Shown here: one piece after another, positions 21,994-31,664 of the stretch
How the letters are laid out: each line of letters opens with the position of its first letter
Numbering within the stretch: position 1 is the first letter of the stretch
Origin: an uncultured delta proteobacterium
Lineage (GTDB): Bacteria; Desulfobacterota; Binatia; UBA9968
Direction of reading: 5' to 3'
NCBI GenBank assembly: GCA_963728565.1
Contig: CAVSLC010000027.1
Coordinates: forward strand, 1 to 35,346
DNA length: 35,346 nt
Notes under the pieces: model-generated
What the model was told of the DNA's origin: nothing
The model's input: the letters and a program-made list of their open reading frames with translations, nothing else
Database searches by the model: none
Program-made: the position numbers and the translations under genes

Positions 21994-23007
21994 TTACGGC
22001 AATCTGTATCCCAATTCTTTGGCTACTTCGGTTGCGAGTCGTTCATCCGCGACGTCGTTTAAACTAACTCTCCGATCGGTGAACCGCCCTTGGGCTTGGA
22101 GCGAGCGCACCAGATTGTCCATACCCGCTCGATTGGGAATACCGGTAGGATTAAGCGTAGCCTGAAACGCATCGTAGGTTTCCGAGGCGGTTTCTTTGTC
22201 CATTTTCAAAAGACGAATGATCAACTCCACCGTCTTGGGCTTGGACTTGCGTACCTCGTCCTTGGCCAACTGCAGAGCATGGATGACTCGCTTCACCTCG
22301 GCCGGCCTGGACTGAATGGTTTTGATCAGCGTGGTCAGGCCGCCTCCAGGCATTTCGACCATGGCACCGACATCCAAAAGTTTGTTGAAGCCTTTTCGCG
22401 CGGCGCTGAACGTATGCGGTGGCGACAACAACGCGGCCTCAACAAAACCGGATTCCATCGAATAAAGAACTTGGAGCTGTTGTCCCGGTATGCCGACCAT
22501 TACGTAATCTTTTGGATTAACGGCTGACTTCTCCAAGGCAATTGACAGTGCCACATGGTTTGTGCCGCCCACTCCTCCCGATATCGCGATCTTTTTGCCT
22601 TTGAGTTCCTGGATCGTCTTGTATTGCGGCGCAGACTGCAGCCAATACGATACCCTGTCTGAAGAAAACCAAATTGCGCGCGATGACAGACCGGTAAGAG
22701 TCGCCGCCACCGAAGCGGGTCCGACACCGGCAACATAATCGATATCGCCTTGCGCGATCGCCGCGGCCGCAAGGGTTGGACTCATGACGATCAATTCCAC
22801 GTCAAGTCCATTGGCGCTAAACACACCCCAATCCTTAGCCGCGAGGAGCGGAAGTGCCGTGATCGTGAATCCGGCATTGGAAATCCGAACTTTGACGCGG
22901 CGGTCCTGGCTGGCAGCGTCCTGTGACAACACGACGATCACTCCGAATGCCATGATCCAACCAACGCACGTCAACGAGTACAGCCGCAAAAGTTTCGTTC
23001 GCTTCAT
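21994..23007 (-). CDS. ABC-type substrate-binding protein, NMT1/SsuA-like
   Basis: Signal peptide, LPLLAAKDWGVF..GLDVEL, ELKGKKIAIS, C-terminal EVAKELGY. Confidence 0.85.
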   Translation of the reverse strand: MKRTKLLRLYSLTCVGWIMAFGVIVVLSQDAASQDRRVKVRISNAGFTITALPLLAAKDWGVFSANGLDVELIVMSPTLAAAAIAQGDIDYVAGVGPASVAATLTGLSSRAIWFSSDRVSYWLQSAPQYKTIQELKGKKIAISGGVGGTNHVALSIALEKSAVNPKDYVMVGIPGQQLQVLYSMESGFVEAALLSPPHTFSAARKGFNKLLDVGAMVEMPGGGLTTLIKTIQSRPAEVKRVIHALQLAKDEVRKSKPKTVELIIRLLKMDKETASETYDAFQATLNPTGIPNRAGMDNLVRSLQAQGRFTDRRVSLNDVADERLATEVAKELGYRLP

Positions 23008-23116
23008 CGACTCTCCCGGCGCCTTCCCTTCGCCTCAGGCGATCAACGGATGTTAGAAGAATGCATTGGCGTAAAACCCATCCCGCTAGCTTCGACGCAC
23101 GCCCGTGTGCGGCAAG

Positions 23117-24118
23117 CTATGGGATCTTGTAACCGAGCTCTTTTGCCACTTCGGTTGCGAGCCGGTCGTCGGCGATCTCATTAAACGCTACTTTGCGCTC
23201 GCCGTGCCGGCCCTGTGACTGCACCGCCTTGACGAGTGTCTCCATACCGATGCGGCTGGGAATTCCCGTCGGGCTTAGCGTGGTTAAAAATTGGTCGTAA
23301 GTTTCGCCGGCGGCTTCCTTGTCCATCTTGAGAAGTTTGGTTATCAATTCGACGGTCTTCGGCTTGGATTTTTTGATCTCGTCCTTAGCCTGCTGCAACG
23401 AGCGGATAACTCGTTTTGTTTCGGCCGGCCGTTCCTGAATCGTCTTTACCAGCGCCGTCAAGCCGCCGCCAGGCATCTCCACCATGGCGCCGACATCGAG
23501 CAGTTTGTTGAAACCTTTCTTTTGCGCGCCAAATGTCACCGGCGGGGACATCATCGCGCCATCGACGAATCCCGATTCCAGCGAATAGAGAATTTGGATC
23601 TGCTGTCCTGGGATGGATACTAAAACGAAATCCTTCGGATTGGCTCCGGCCTTTTCCAGGGCCATGTTCATCGCCACATGGATGGTGCCGCCCAAGCCGC
23701 TGACCGCAATCTTCTTTCCCTTGAGGCTGTCGATGGTTTTAAATGGCGGTTTGGACATCAGCCAATAGGAGATACGGTCGGAAGAGAACCAGATCGCCCG
23801 CGTCGGAAAGCCGCTCAAAGTGGCATTGACCGATGCAGGCCCGACCCCCGCTTGGTAGTCGATATCCCCTTGGCTAAGCGCCGCCGGTACGATCGATGAC
23901 TGCATCAGAATGAGTTCCATATCGAGCCCGTTGGCGGTGAAAAATCCCCATTCCTTGGCGGCGAGCAGCGGCAAAGCGGTGATCGTATAGCCGGCATTGG
24001 ATATCCGCGCCTTGGTGCGTTGTTCTTGCGCGCCGAAGCCGGGAGCGGCTACAGCAATCCCGGCAAGAATTGCCAGCCGAGAAAACCATGAGTTGAGTAT
24101 GATCGATGGATTGCTCAT
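23117..24118 (-). CDS. ABC-type substrate-binding protein, NMT1/SsuA-like (tandem paralog of 21994-23007)
   Basis: Shares ISNAGxTITALPLLAAK, AGVGPASV, WFSSDR and LLDVGAMVEMPGGGLT. GGAGGAG SD. Confidence 0.85.
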   Translation of the reverse strand: MSNPSIILNSWFSRLAILAGIAVAAPGFGAQEQRTKARISNAGYTITALPLLAAKEWGFFTANGLDMELILMQSSIVPAALSQGDIDYQAGVGPASVNATLSGFPTRAIWFSSDRISYWLMSKPPFKTIDSLKGKKIAVSGLGGTIHVAMNMALEKAGANPKDFVLVSIPGQQIQILYSLESGFVDGAMMSPPVTFGAQKKGFNKLLDVGAMVEMPGGGLTALVKTIQERPAETKRVIRSLQQAKDEIKKSKPKTVELITKLLKMDKEAAGETYDQFLTTLSPTGIPSRIGMETLVKAVQSQGRHGERKVAFNEIADDRLATEVAKELGYKIP

Positions 24119-24232
24119 CGGATATCTCCTCCGTCTGCCAGAATCGCCGGTTAAACTCTTACGTCAACGCCTCTTGCTTGACAAGGTTTTGGTTCCTTGA
24201 AAGGATCGCAAATTGCCATGGCAACGAACCAA

Positions 24233-24414
24233 AGCAGTTTCTTGAAGATCTGTTTGCAGGCTGCTCAAACGACTTCAGAGCCAAGGCCGACTCGTGCTCG
24301 TGTCCGTGAAAACGTGATCGAGAATTTCGAGCGAACACGAAGACGTACCACGAACACGGATTCGAGCGGGCGATCGAACGCACGAAGCCTATGAGGCTTT
24401 CAGTAGTCTGCTAA
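24233..24414 (+). mobile_element. MITE-like repeat, copy B, containing an internal TCGTG(C/T)/CACGA hexamer palindrome
   Basis: AGCAGTTTCTTGAAGATCTGTTTGCAGGCTGCTCAAA...GCACGAAGCCTATGAGGCTTTCAGTAGTCTGC, homologous at both ends to copy C. Confidence 0.7.
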
Positions 24415-26158
24415 ATGAAACCGAAAACTATACCGGCCACTGTGCAACCAGCAATCGATCCAATCACCCTCGAAGTTATTCGCCACGGCATCATTTCCAT
24501 TTGCGATCAGATCGACGCCAACATGACGCGCACGGCATTCAGCCCCTATATTTACGAATACAAGGATTACGCCGTGGGATTCGTCGGCGCCGGCGGCGAG
24601 CTATTGGCGCAATCCACCGGCGGCATGCCCGTATTCGTCGCCGACTCAGTCGGTATGGCGGTAAAAGATGGTTTGGCGATCTATGGGCGCGACAATCTGC
24701 ATAAGGGCGACGTCATCGTCTGCAATCATGCGGCGGTGCAGGGGCAGCATCTTAACAATACGGTCATGTACACGCCGGTTTTCGCCGGCGCGAACAGCGA
24801 CGAGTTGATCGGTTTCTTCGCGGTTAACTGCCACTGGATCGACATCGGCGGTTCGGCCATCGGTTCGGTGTCGTACTCGTCCACCGACATTTTCATGGAA
24901 GGCTTACAGCTGCGCTCGATCAAGATCTGGTCCAAGGGCGAGCCCATGGAAGAGGTTTATCGCATCATCGAAAACAACACCCGCTTTCCCTTGGAATTGC
25001 TCGGCGACATCGAAGCGCAACTGGGTGGCTGTCTATTGGGTCGCGATCTTACCCAGACGATGGCGGACAAATTCGGCGCCGGCGTATTTCTGCACGCGCT
25101 CGATATCATTCTCGACCAGTGCGAGGCCGCCACCAGGGCAAAGATTCGCGCCATCCCGGACGGCGTCTACCATCATGAAGCGTTCTTGGACAACGACGGC
25201 GTGCGCGATGAGAAGATTCCGATCAAAGTGAAAATCATCGTTGCCGGCGATGAGATTACCATCGATTATTCCGACATGTCGCCTCAGGTGCGGGGTTGCA
25301 TCAATTCGGGATTTTACGGCGGCGGGCGGACTACGGCGCGGGTTGCGTTCAAGTATTTGATCGCCACCGACGAGCCCGCGAACGAGGGCACCTTCCGGCC
25401 GCTGAAGATGATCTTGCCCGAAGGAAAATTGATCAGCGCCGAGCCGACCGCGGCGATGGGACTCTACAGCATTCCGTTTCCGACGATCATCGATTGCATT
25501 ATCAAGGCGTTGGAACCGGCCTTGCCCCAGCGCGTCACGGGCGCTCACTTCGGCACTTTTTCGTCATTGAGTTTTTCCGGCAAGCGTACTGACACCGGCG
25601 CTGTGTTCAAGGCTAACGACAGCGGCCATGGTGGTTGGGGGGCGTGCGCGACCCACGACGGCGCCGGACCGTTTCGCACCATGGCGCATGGCGACACGCG
25701 CCTGATTCCCATCGAGCTGCAGGAGTCGATGTATCCGTTCCGGGTCGAGGAGTTCCGTTTGCGCCAAGACTCAGGCGGCGCGGGCAAATGGCGCGGCGGC
25801 CTAGGATTCGACAAGCAATATATTTTGCTCGCGCCGTGCGAACTCTGGGCAAACTTCGACCGCATCGGTTGCCCGCCTTGGGGCGTGCAAGGCGCCAAAG
25901 CAGCCAAGTCGGGTCAGGTGTTAATCTACAAAAACGGCAATCCGGAGCCCGAACTGCTTTACAAAACGGAAAACTGCCCGCTGCAAGCAGGCGATCGCGT
26001 GCGCATGTCGACCGGCGGGGGCGGCGGTTACGGCGATCCCGCGAACGCCCCATTGATCGGGTCAAACAAGAGTTATTCGCGGCTTTGTTTCTCTCGAAAG
26101 CGCGCGCGACGATTACGGCGTCGTGATCGATGCAGACGGCAGCGCCCGGCGCTCATAA
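24415..26158 (+). CDS. Hydantoinase B/oxoprolinase family subunit (copy 1), frameshift near 26045
   Basis: DPITLEVI..RTAFSPYIYE, HWIDIGG, EGLQL, GHGGWGA..DG, DSGGAGKWRGGLG, GGGGGYGDP. The true C-terminus DYGVVIDADGSARRS* ends at 26158. Confidence 0.92.
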
Positions 26159-26255
26159 CGTTCAAAGTTCAACGGTTCAAAAGTTCAAGGTCAAAAACAA
26201 TAGAACCGGAAATTGTAACAACTTTTGAACGGTTGAACCTTTGAACTTTTGAACG
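26159..26255. repeat. Periodic inverted repeat: (GTTCAAN1-2)x4 ... (TTGAAC)x4
   Basis: CGTTCAAAGTTCAACGGTTCAAAAGTTCAAGG (26159-26190) and ACTTTTGAACGGTTGAACCTTTGAACTTTTGAACG (26221-26255). Confidence 0.9.
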
Positions 26256-26265
26256 GGAGTTCTGC

Positions 26266-28322
26266 ATGAGCTACGCCATCGCCGTCGATATCGGCGGCAC
26301 GTTTACCGATTTGGTTGCCTTCGATCACGAAACTCAAAAAGTGACTTACGCCAAGAGCCCGACGAACTACGATAATCTTGGTTGAAGGGATTCTCGACTG
26401 TTTCAACAAAGCCGAAGATCAGACCCGCGGAAGCTTCCCTGGTCAATCACGGCACGACCTTGGTGATCAATTCCTTGATACAACGTAAGGGCGCGAAGAC
26501 CGCACTGGTTACCAGCAAAGGGTTTCGCGACATTCTGGAAATCGCCCGCGGCAACCGGCCCGATCCGTTCGATTTGCATTACCAGCGCGACGAGCCCTTG
26601 ATTCCGCGGGAGCTTCGCCTGGAAGTTCCGGAGCGAATGGGCAGCAAAGGAGAAGTCATCACGCCGCTCGATCTAAAGACGCTGGAGAAACTTGCCGGCG
26701 AAATCAAGAAGCTCGATATCGAGTCGCTGGCGATCTTCTTCATGAACTCTTATATCAATCCGGCGCATGAGGAAGCCGCAGCCGAGAAGCTGAAAGAACT
26801 CTTGCCTGACACTTACGTGACCTTCAGCACTGATTTGACACGCGAGTGGTACGAGTACGAGCGCTGTTCGACGGTCGCCGCCAACGCCTATGTCGGTCCG
26901 CAAGTCAGCAGTTACATCGGACAACTCGATCAAGATCTCAAAAGTCAGGGCTTCAACGGCGCGCTCTTCATGATGGGCTCCAACGGCGGATTGCTGTCTG
27001 CCGAACGCACCTGCCGGCAACCCATCGGCTTGGTCGAATCCGGTCCCATCGGCGGTTGCATCGGCGCCAGCGCCTATGCGGAAAAGCTGGGCTTCAACAA
27101 TGTCGTCGCCTTCGATATGGGCGGCACCACTGCCAAATGCGCTCTGGTTGAAAACGGCCGCTTTTCGGTCAATTCCGTTTACTACGCCAATGGCTACGTA
27201 AAAGGGTTCCCGATTAAATCGGCGGTCATCGATATCGTCGAAGTCGGCTCCGGCGGCGGCTCCATCGCTTGGATCGATTCGCAAAATCGCCTGCATGTCG
27301 GTCCGCAAAGCGCCGGCTCAACACCCGGTCCGGTCTGTTACGGCCGCGGCGGCACCGAGCCGACGGTCACCGATGCCAACCTAATTCTTGGGCGCTTGAA
27401 CGCCGGCAACTTTCTCGGCGGCGAAATGGCGCTCGATGCCAAAGCCGCCGAGGCGGCGATCAAAGAGCGTGTCGCCAAGCCATTGGGATACGCCGGACCA
27501 AGCGGCGCAATCCAGATGGCTGATGGCATTATCTCGATTGCCACGGTGATCATGGCCGGCGCGATACGGAAGGTCTCCGTCGAGCATGGCCTCGATCCGC
27601 GCGATTTTATTCTCTTCAGCTATGGCGGCGGCGGACCGCTGCATGCCTGCGCCCTGGCGCACGAGCTTTACATACCGGAAGTAGTGATACCGCCGGAACC
27701 CGGAAATTTTTCTGCCATCGGTATGTTATTGGCCGATGCCCGTATCGACACATCGAAAACTTTCGTTGGGATTTTGGACGATAAGACGATCACGGCCATG
27801 GCCGAGATTTTCGCGGCATTGGAAAAAGATGCGTCCGTGGCGCTTGCCGCTGAGTTTAGCAGCAGCGAAACATTTTTCGAACATCACGCCGAGATGCGCT
27901 TCCGCGGCCAGCGACATAACATCAAGGTTCCGGTTTCGGGTCTCAAAGACGTTCAGCAGATCCGCGCTGCCTTTGAACGCGACTATAAGCGCCGCTATGG
28001 CCACGCTGACGCCAAAGCGCCGGCGGAATTTCAAGCGTTGCATCTCTCTGCCTTCGCAAGGTTGAAGCAACCGCAGATTGCCCGGCTACCCCGCGCGGCG
28101 ATCAAAGCCCAGCCGGCGCAGAAGCGGCGCGTCTATATAGGAAGCGCCGGCGGCTGGGCCGATGCGCAGATCTATAGCCGCGATGCGCTGGAACCGGGCT
28201 TCAGCGGCACAGGCCCGGCGGTAATCGAAGAGTACGGCTCGACCACTCTGGTCTGGCCCGGGGATGATTTTGAGATTGGCGAACTGCATGAGATCAGGAT
28301 CAAAATCAAAGCGGAAAGCTGA
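26266..28322 (+). CDS. Hydantoinase A/oxoprolinase family ATP-binding subunit, frameshift near 26380-26420
   Basis: Starts MSYAIAVDIGGTFTD after GGGAG, then HGTTLVINSLIQRKG, ESGPIGG, FDMGGTT, GPQSAGSTPGPVCYGRGG..PTVTDA. Confidence 0.93.
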
Positions 28323-28400
28323 AATATGAAGGCGGAAATAGCCAAAAACGACCGGCTTTCTTTCAGGGTCCGTTCAGCTTTCAGCTTTCATCCTTAAGCT
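28309..28400. repeat. Periodic (7-nt) inverted repeat
   Basis: GCGGAAA-GCTGAAA-TATGAAG-GCGGAAA (28311-28338) and TTCAGCT-TTCAGCT-TTCATCC-TTAAGCT (28373-28400). Confidence 0.85.
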
Positions 28401-28403
28401 CTT

Positions 28404-30130
28404 ATGAGTGATACGCTGATGAAAGCAAAGGCACAGCTCACAGCACCCCCGCCACCGGTTGACCCCATCACCCTCGAAGTCATCCGTCACGGCATCGTTT
28501 CGATCACCGATCAAATCGACGCGAACATCGCGCGCACGGCCTTCAGCCCTTACATATACGAGTATAAAGATTTCGCCGTTGGGCTGGTAAGCGCGGATGG
28601 TGAGCTGATCGCCCAATGCACCGGCGGCATGCCGGTCTTCGTTGCCGATTCGGTCGGCATGGCGGTGCGCGATGGCCTCGCCGTCTATGGCCGCGAGCGC
28701 TTGCAGCACGGTGACGTGCTCTTGTGCAATCACGCGGCGATTCAAGGACAGCACTTGAACAACACCGTGATGTATACGCCTATTTACGCCGGCGCCGGCA
28801 GTGCGCAGCCTGGTGGGATTTTTCGCCATCAATGTCCATTGGATCGATATCGGCGGCATCACGCCGCGCTCCAGCGATATCTTTATGGAAGGCCTGCAGC
28901 TGCGCTCGATCAAACTGTGGTCGGAGGGCGAACCGATTCAAGAGGTGTATCGGATCATCGAAAACAACACGCGCTTTCCTGTGGAGCTTCTGGGCGACAT
29001 CGCGGCGCAGCATGCAGGTTGTATTCTCGGTCGCGATCTAACGCAAAGCTTGGCCGAAAAGTACGGTGTCGAGACTTTCTTAGCAGTGGTAAAAGCCATG
29101 CTCGATCAGAGCGAAGCGGCGGCGCGTGAGCGCATCCGCCGCATACCGGACGGCCAATACAGCTATGAAACATTTTTCGATAATGACGGCGAAACCGATG
29201 ATGCGCTGCCGATTCGAGTCAAAGTGATCATTGAAGGCGACGAGATGACCATCGACTATTCCGGCATTGCCGAGCAGGTGCGCGGCTGCATCAATTCGGG
29301 ATATTACGGCGGCGGGCGCACCACGGCGCGGGTTGCGTTCAAGTATTTAATCGCCAACGACGAGCCCGCGAACGAAGGCACTTTTCGGCCGCTGAAATTG
29401 ATTCTTGCCCGAAGGCAAAATCTTGAGCGCCCATCCAACCGCGCCGATGGGAAATTATTCGCAGCCGTTTCCGACGGTGATCGACGCGATTATCAAGGCT
29501 TTGGAACACGCCCTGCCCGAGCGCGTCACCGGCGCGCATTTCGGCACTTTCTCCGGCGTACGTTTTCGTGGCAAGCGCGACAACGGCACTCCGTTCGATT
29601 GTCACGACAGCGGTCACGGCGGCTGGGGCGCCTGCGCGACTCACGACGGCGCCGGCCCGTTTCGCACCATGGCGCACGGCGACACGCGCATCATTCCGGT
29701 GGAACTTCAGGAGTCAATGTATCCCTATCGCATTGTCGAGTTCTCACTGCGTGAAAATTCGGGCGGGGCCGGCAAATTTCGCGGCGGCCTTGGCTTTCGC
29801 AAACGATACGAAATCCTCGGCCACTGCGACCTCCAGGCGATGTTCGATCGGGTCAAGTATCCGCCGTGGGGAGTGCATGGCGGCAAAGCAGGCCAATCCG
29901 GGCAGATCACCGTGATCAAAAAATCCGGCGATCAGGAAATCCTCTACAAGAGTAAAGCCTATCCGTTGGAACCTGGCGATTCGATCATCGTCGAGACCGG
30001 CGGTGGCGGCGGCTACGGCTCGCCCCATGAACGCAGGCGCGAATTGCTTGAACGCGATCTGCGGCGCGGTTATGTATCCGTAGAAGCCGCTCGGCGCGAT
30101 TACGGAATTGCCATCGAGCGTGCTCGCTAG
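28404..30130 (+). CDS. Hydantoinase B/oxoprolinase family subunit (copy 2), frameshifts near 28800 and 29408
   Basis: Three ORFs (28404-29129, 28801-29754, 29405-30130) join into a full, closely similar paralog of 24415-26158. Confidence 0.92.
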
Positions 30131-30313
30131 TTCCGATCGACCCGCTGTCACCAATCAGGAATGGAACACCGAACCGCATCGAATATCTTCAGCTCGCCGG
30201 TGCCGGGTAACTACCGAGTAACACGTGAACTTCCTTGCTTTGATCTCTTCGATCTTACCTTGGGCACCGACTGTCCACACAATCTCGGCTAAGCAGTGAA
30301 TGAAGGATTCGCC

Positions 30314-31531
30314 ATGAAGCGAGAGAGAATATCAACTAACCCCAATCCGACATTGTTCGAATCCCGCGAGGCCGCCGAGCTCTACAGCCGTGGGCAATCG
30401 GATACTGCCTTGAAGGCCACCCCACGTTCCCGTAAGGGTGATGTTTCGTACGTCCGGGCCTTGGAGCCAACTGCGCGCTCGGGTGCCCACGGCTTCCGGT
30501 CTCGCCGTCCTCGCTCACTGTTGACGGTGCTCAACTATTGTCGGGTTAGCACTAAGTTGATTATAGTTGCCTTCTTCAGCGGAATCTTATTACTGGTTGA
30601 TTTCCATCGGACCGCGTTCGCCCAAGAACTGCCGACGAAAATACGCATTTCCAACTCCGCACTGAGCGTAACCGCTTTGCCGCTGGTCGCCGCGCGCGAA
30701 TGGAACTTTTTTCGTGAACAGGGATTGCAGGCCGAGATCATCATGATGAACCCCGCGATTTCGAACCCGGCGATTGCGGCCGGCGAAATCGACTATGTCG
30801 CCGGCGTCGGGCCCGGTTCCGTGGCAGCTACTTTGGCGGGACTGCCGCTGCGAGCGGTGTGGTTTTCTTCCAATCGGATATCCTATTTTGTAACGACTTC
30901 GCCGCAAAACAAGTCCCTTCAAGATCTAAAAGGAAAAAAAATCGGCATCACCGGCGGCATAGGCGGGACCAATCACGTTGCGTTAGTCGTCGCCCTCGAG
31001 AAGGTGGGATTCAACCCCAAGGATTTCATCATTCTGACGACGCCCACGCCCGAGCTGCTCCGGTCTTTGGAGTCGGGATTTGTCGACGCTGCCTCGCTCA
31101 ATCCACCAACGGTGTTTTTTGCCCAGCGAAAGGGGTTTCATCGGGTGCTGGATATCGGCTCGTTAGTAGAGATGCCGGGCGGCGGTTTAACGACCTTGAT
31201 CAAAACCATTACGAGCAAACCGGATGAAGTCAGGAAAGTGATCCGCGCGCTGCAAACGGCTAAGGACGCGATCCGAAAATCAAAAGATAAAACCCTCGAG
31301 CTCATGGTTCGTGCACTGAAGATGGATCGCGACATCGCCTCCTCGACTTACGATGTTTATCTCACCAGCCTGAGCATCGATGGGGTGCCTGCGCGCGAAG
31401 GCATGAACAACCTGGTTCGGTCCGTGAAATCACAGGCACGCTTTGCCGACCGAAACGTATCCTTCGAAGAGGTCGCTGACGATAGTCTGGCCAAGGAAGT
31501 GGCAAAGGAGCTGGGCTACAAAGTGAAGTAA
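30314..31531 (+). CDS. ABC-type substrate-binding protein, NMT1/SsuA-like (third paralog) with a long N-terminal extension
   Basis: ISNSALSVTALPLVAAREW, DYVAGVGPGSV, WFSSNRISY, EMPGGGLT, EVAKELGYK. GAAGGA precedes the ATG at 30314. Confidence 0.85.
   Translation: MKRERISTNPNPTLFESREAAELYSRGQSDTALKATPRSRKGDVSYVRALEPTARSGAHGFRSRRPRSLLTVLNYCRVSTKLIIVAFFSGILLLVDFHRTAFAQELPTKIRISNSALSVTALPLVAAREWNFFREQGLQAEIIMMNPAISNPAIAAGEIDYVAGVGPGSVAATLAGLPLRAVWFSSNRISYFVTTSPQNKSLQDLKGKKIGITGGIGGTNHVALVVALEKVGFNPKDFIILTTPTPELLRSLESGFVDAASLNPPTVFFAQRKGFHRVLDIGSLVEMPGGGLTTLIKTITSKPDEVRKVIRALQTAKDAIRKSKDKTLELMVRALKMDRDIASSTYDVYLTSLSIDGVPAREGMNNLVRSVKSQARFADRNVSFEEVADDSLAKEVAKELGYKVK
30331..30561. repeat. ~230-bp imperfect palindromic element inside the 5' end of the SBP ORF
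   Basis: Nested arm pairs ATCAACT/AGTTGAT, CCGACA/TGTCGG, GCGAGGCCGCCGAG/CTCGCCGTCCTCGC, and AGCCGTGGGCA (30386-30396)/TGCCCACGGCT (30484-30494). Confidence 0.8.
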
Positions 31532-31577
31532 AACTGAAAGCACTACCGAATCAACCGGCGACGACCAGAATAACTCC

Positions 31578-31606
31578 TTGACCGTGCCACACCCTCGCGA
31601 TAATTT
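31578..31606 (+). promoter_or_regulatory. Putative sigma70 promoter
   Basis: TTGACC-17 nt-TAATTT, ~60 nt upstream of GGGAGG and the ATG at 31665. Confidence 0.45.
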
Positions 31607-31664
31607 TGCGGCTGCTGTTTGTCAGATTTTTCGAGCTATCGACGCGGCGAGATCGGGAGGCGAT

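Noticed and set aside
26045-26244. C-terminal tail of the 609-aa ORF (...FKVQRFKSSRSK...FERLNL)
   Set aside because: It is a frameshift read-through into the periodic repeat. The conserved C-terminus ends at 26158 in another frame.
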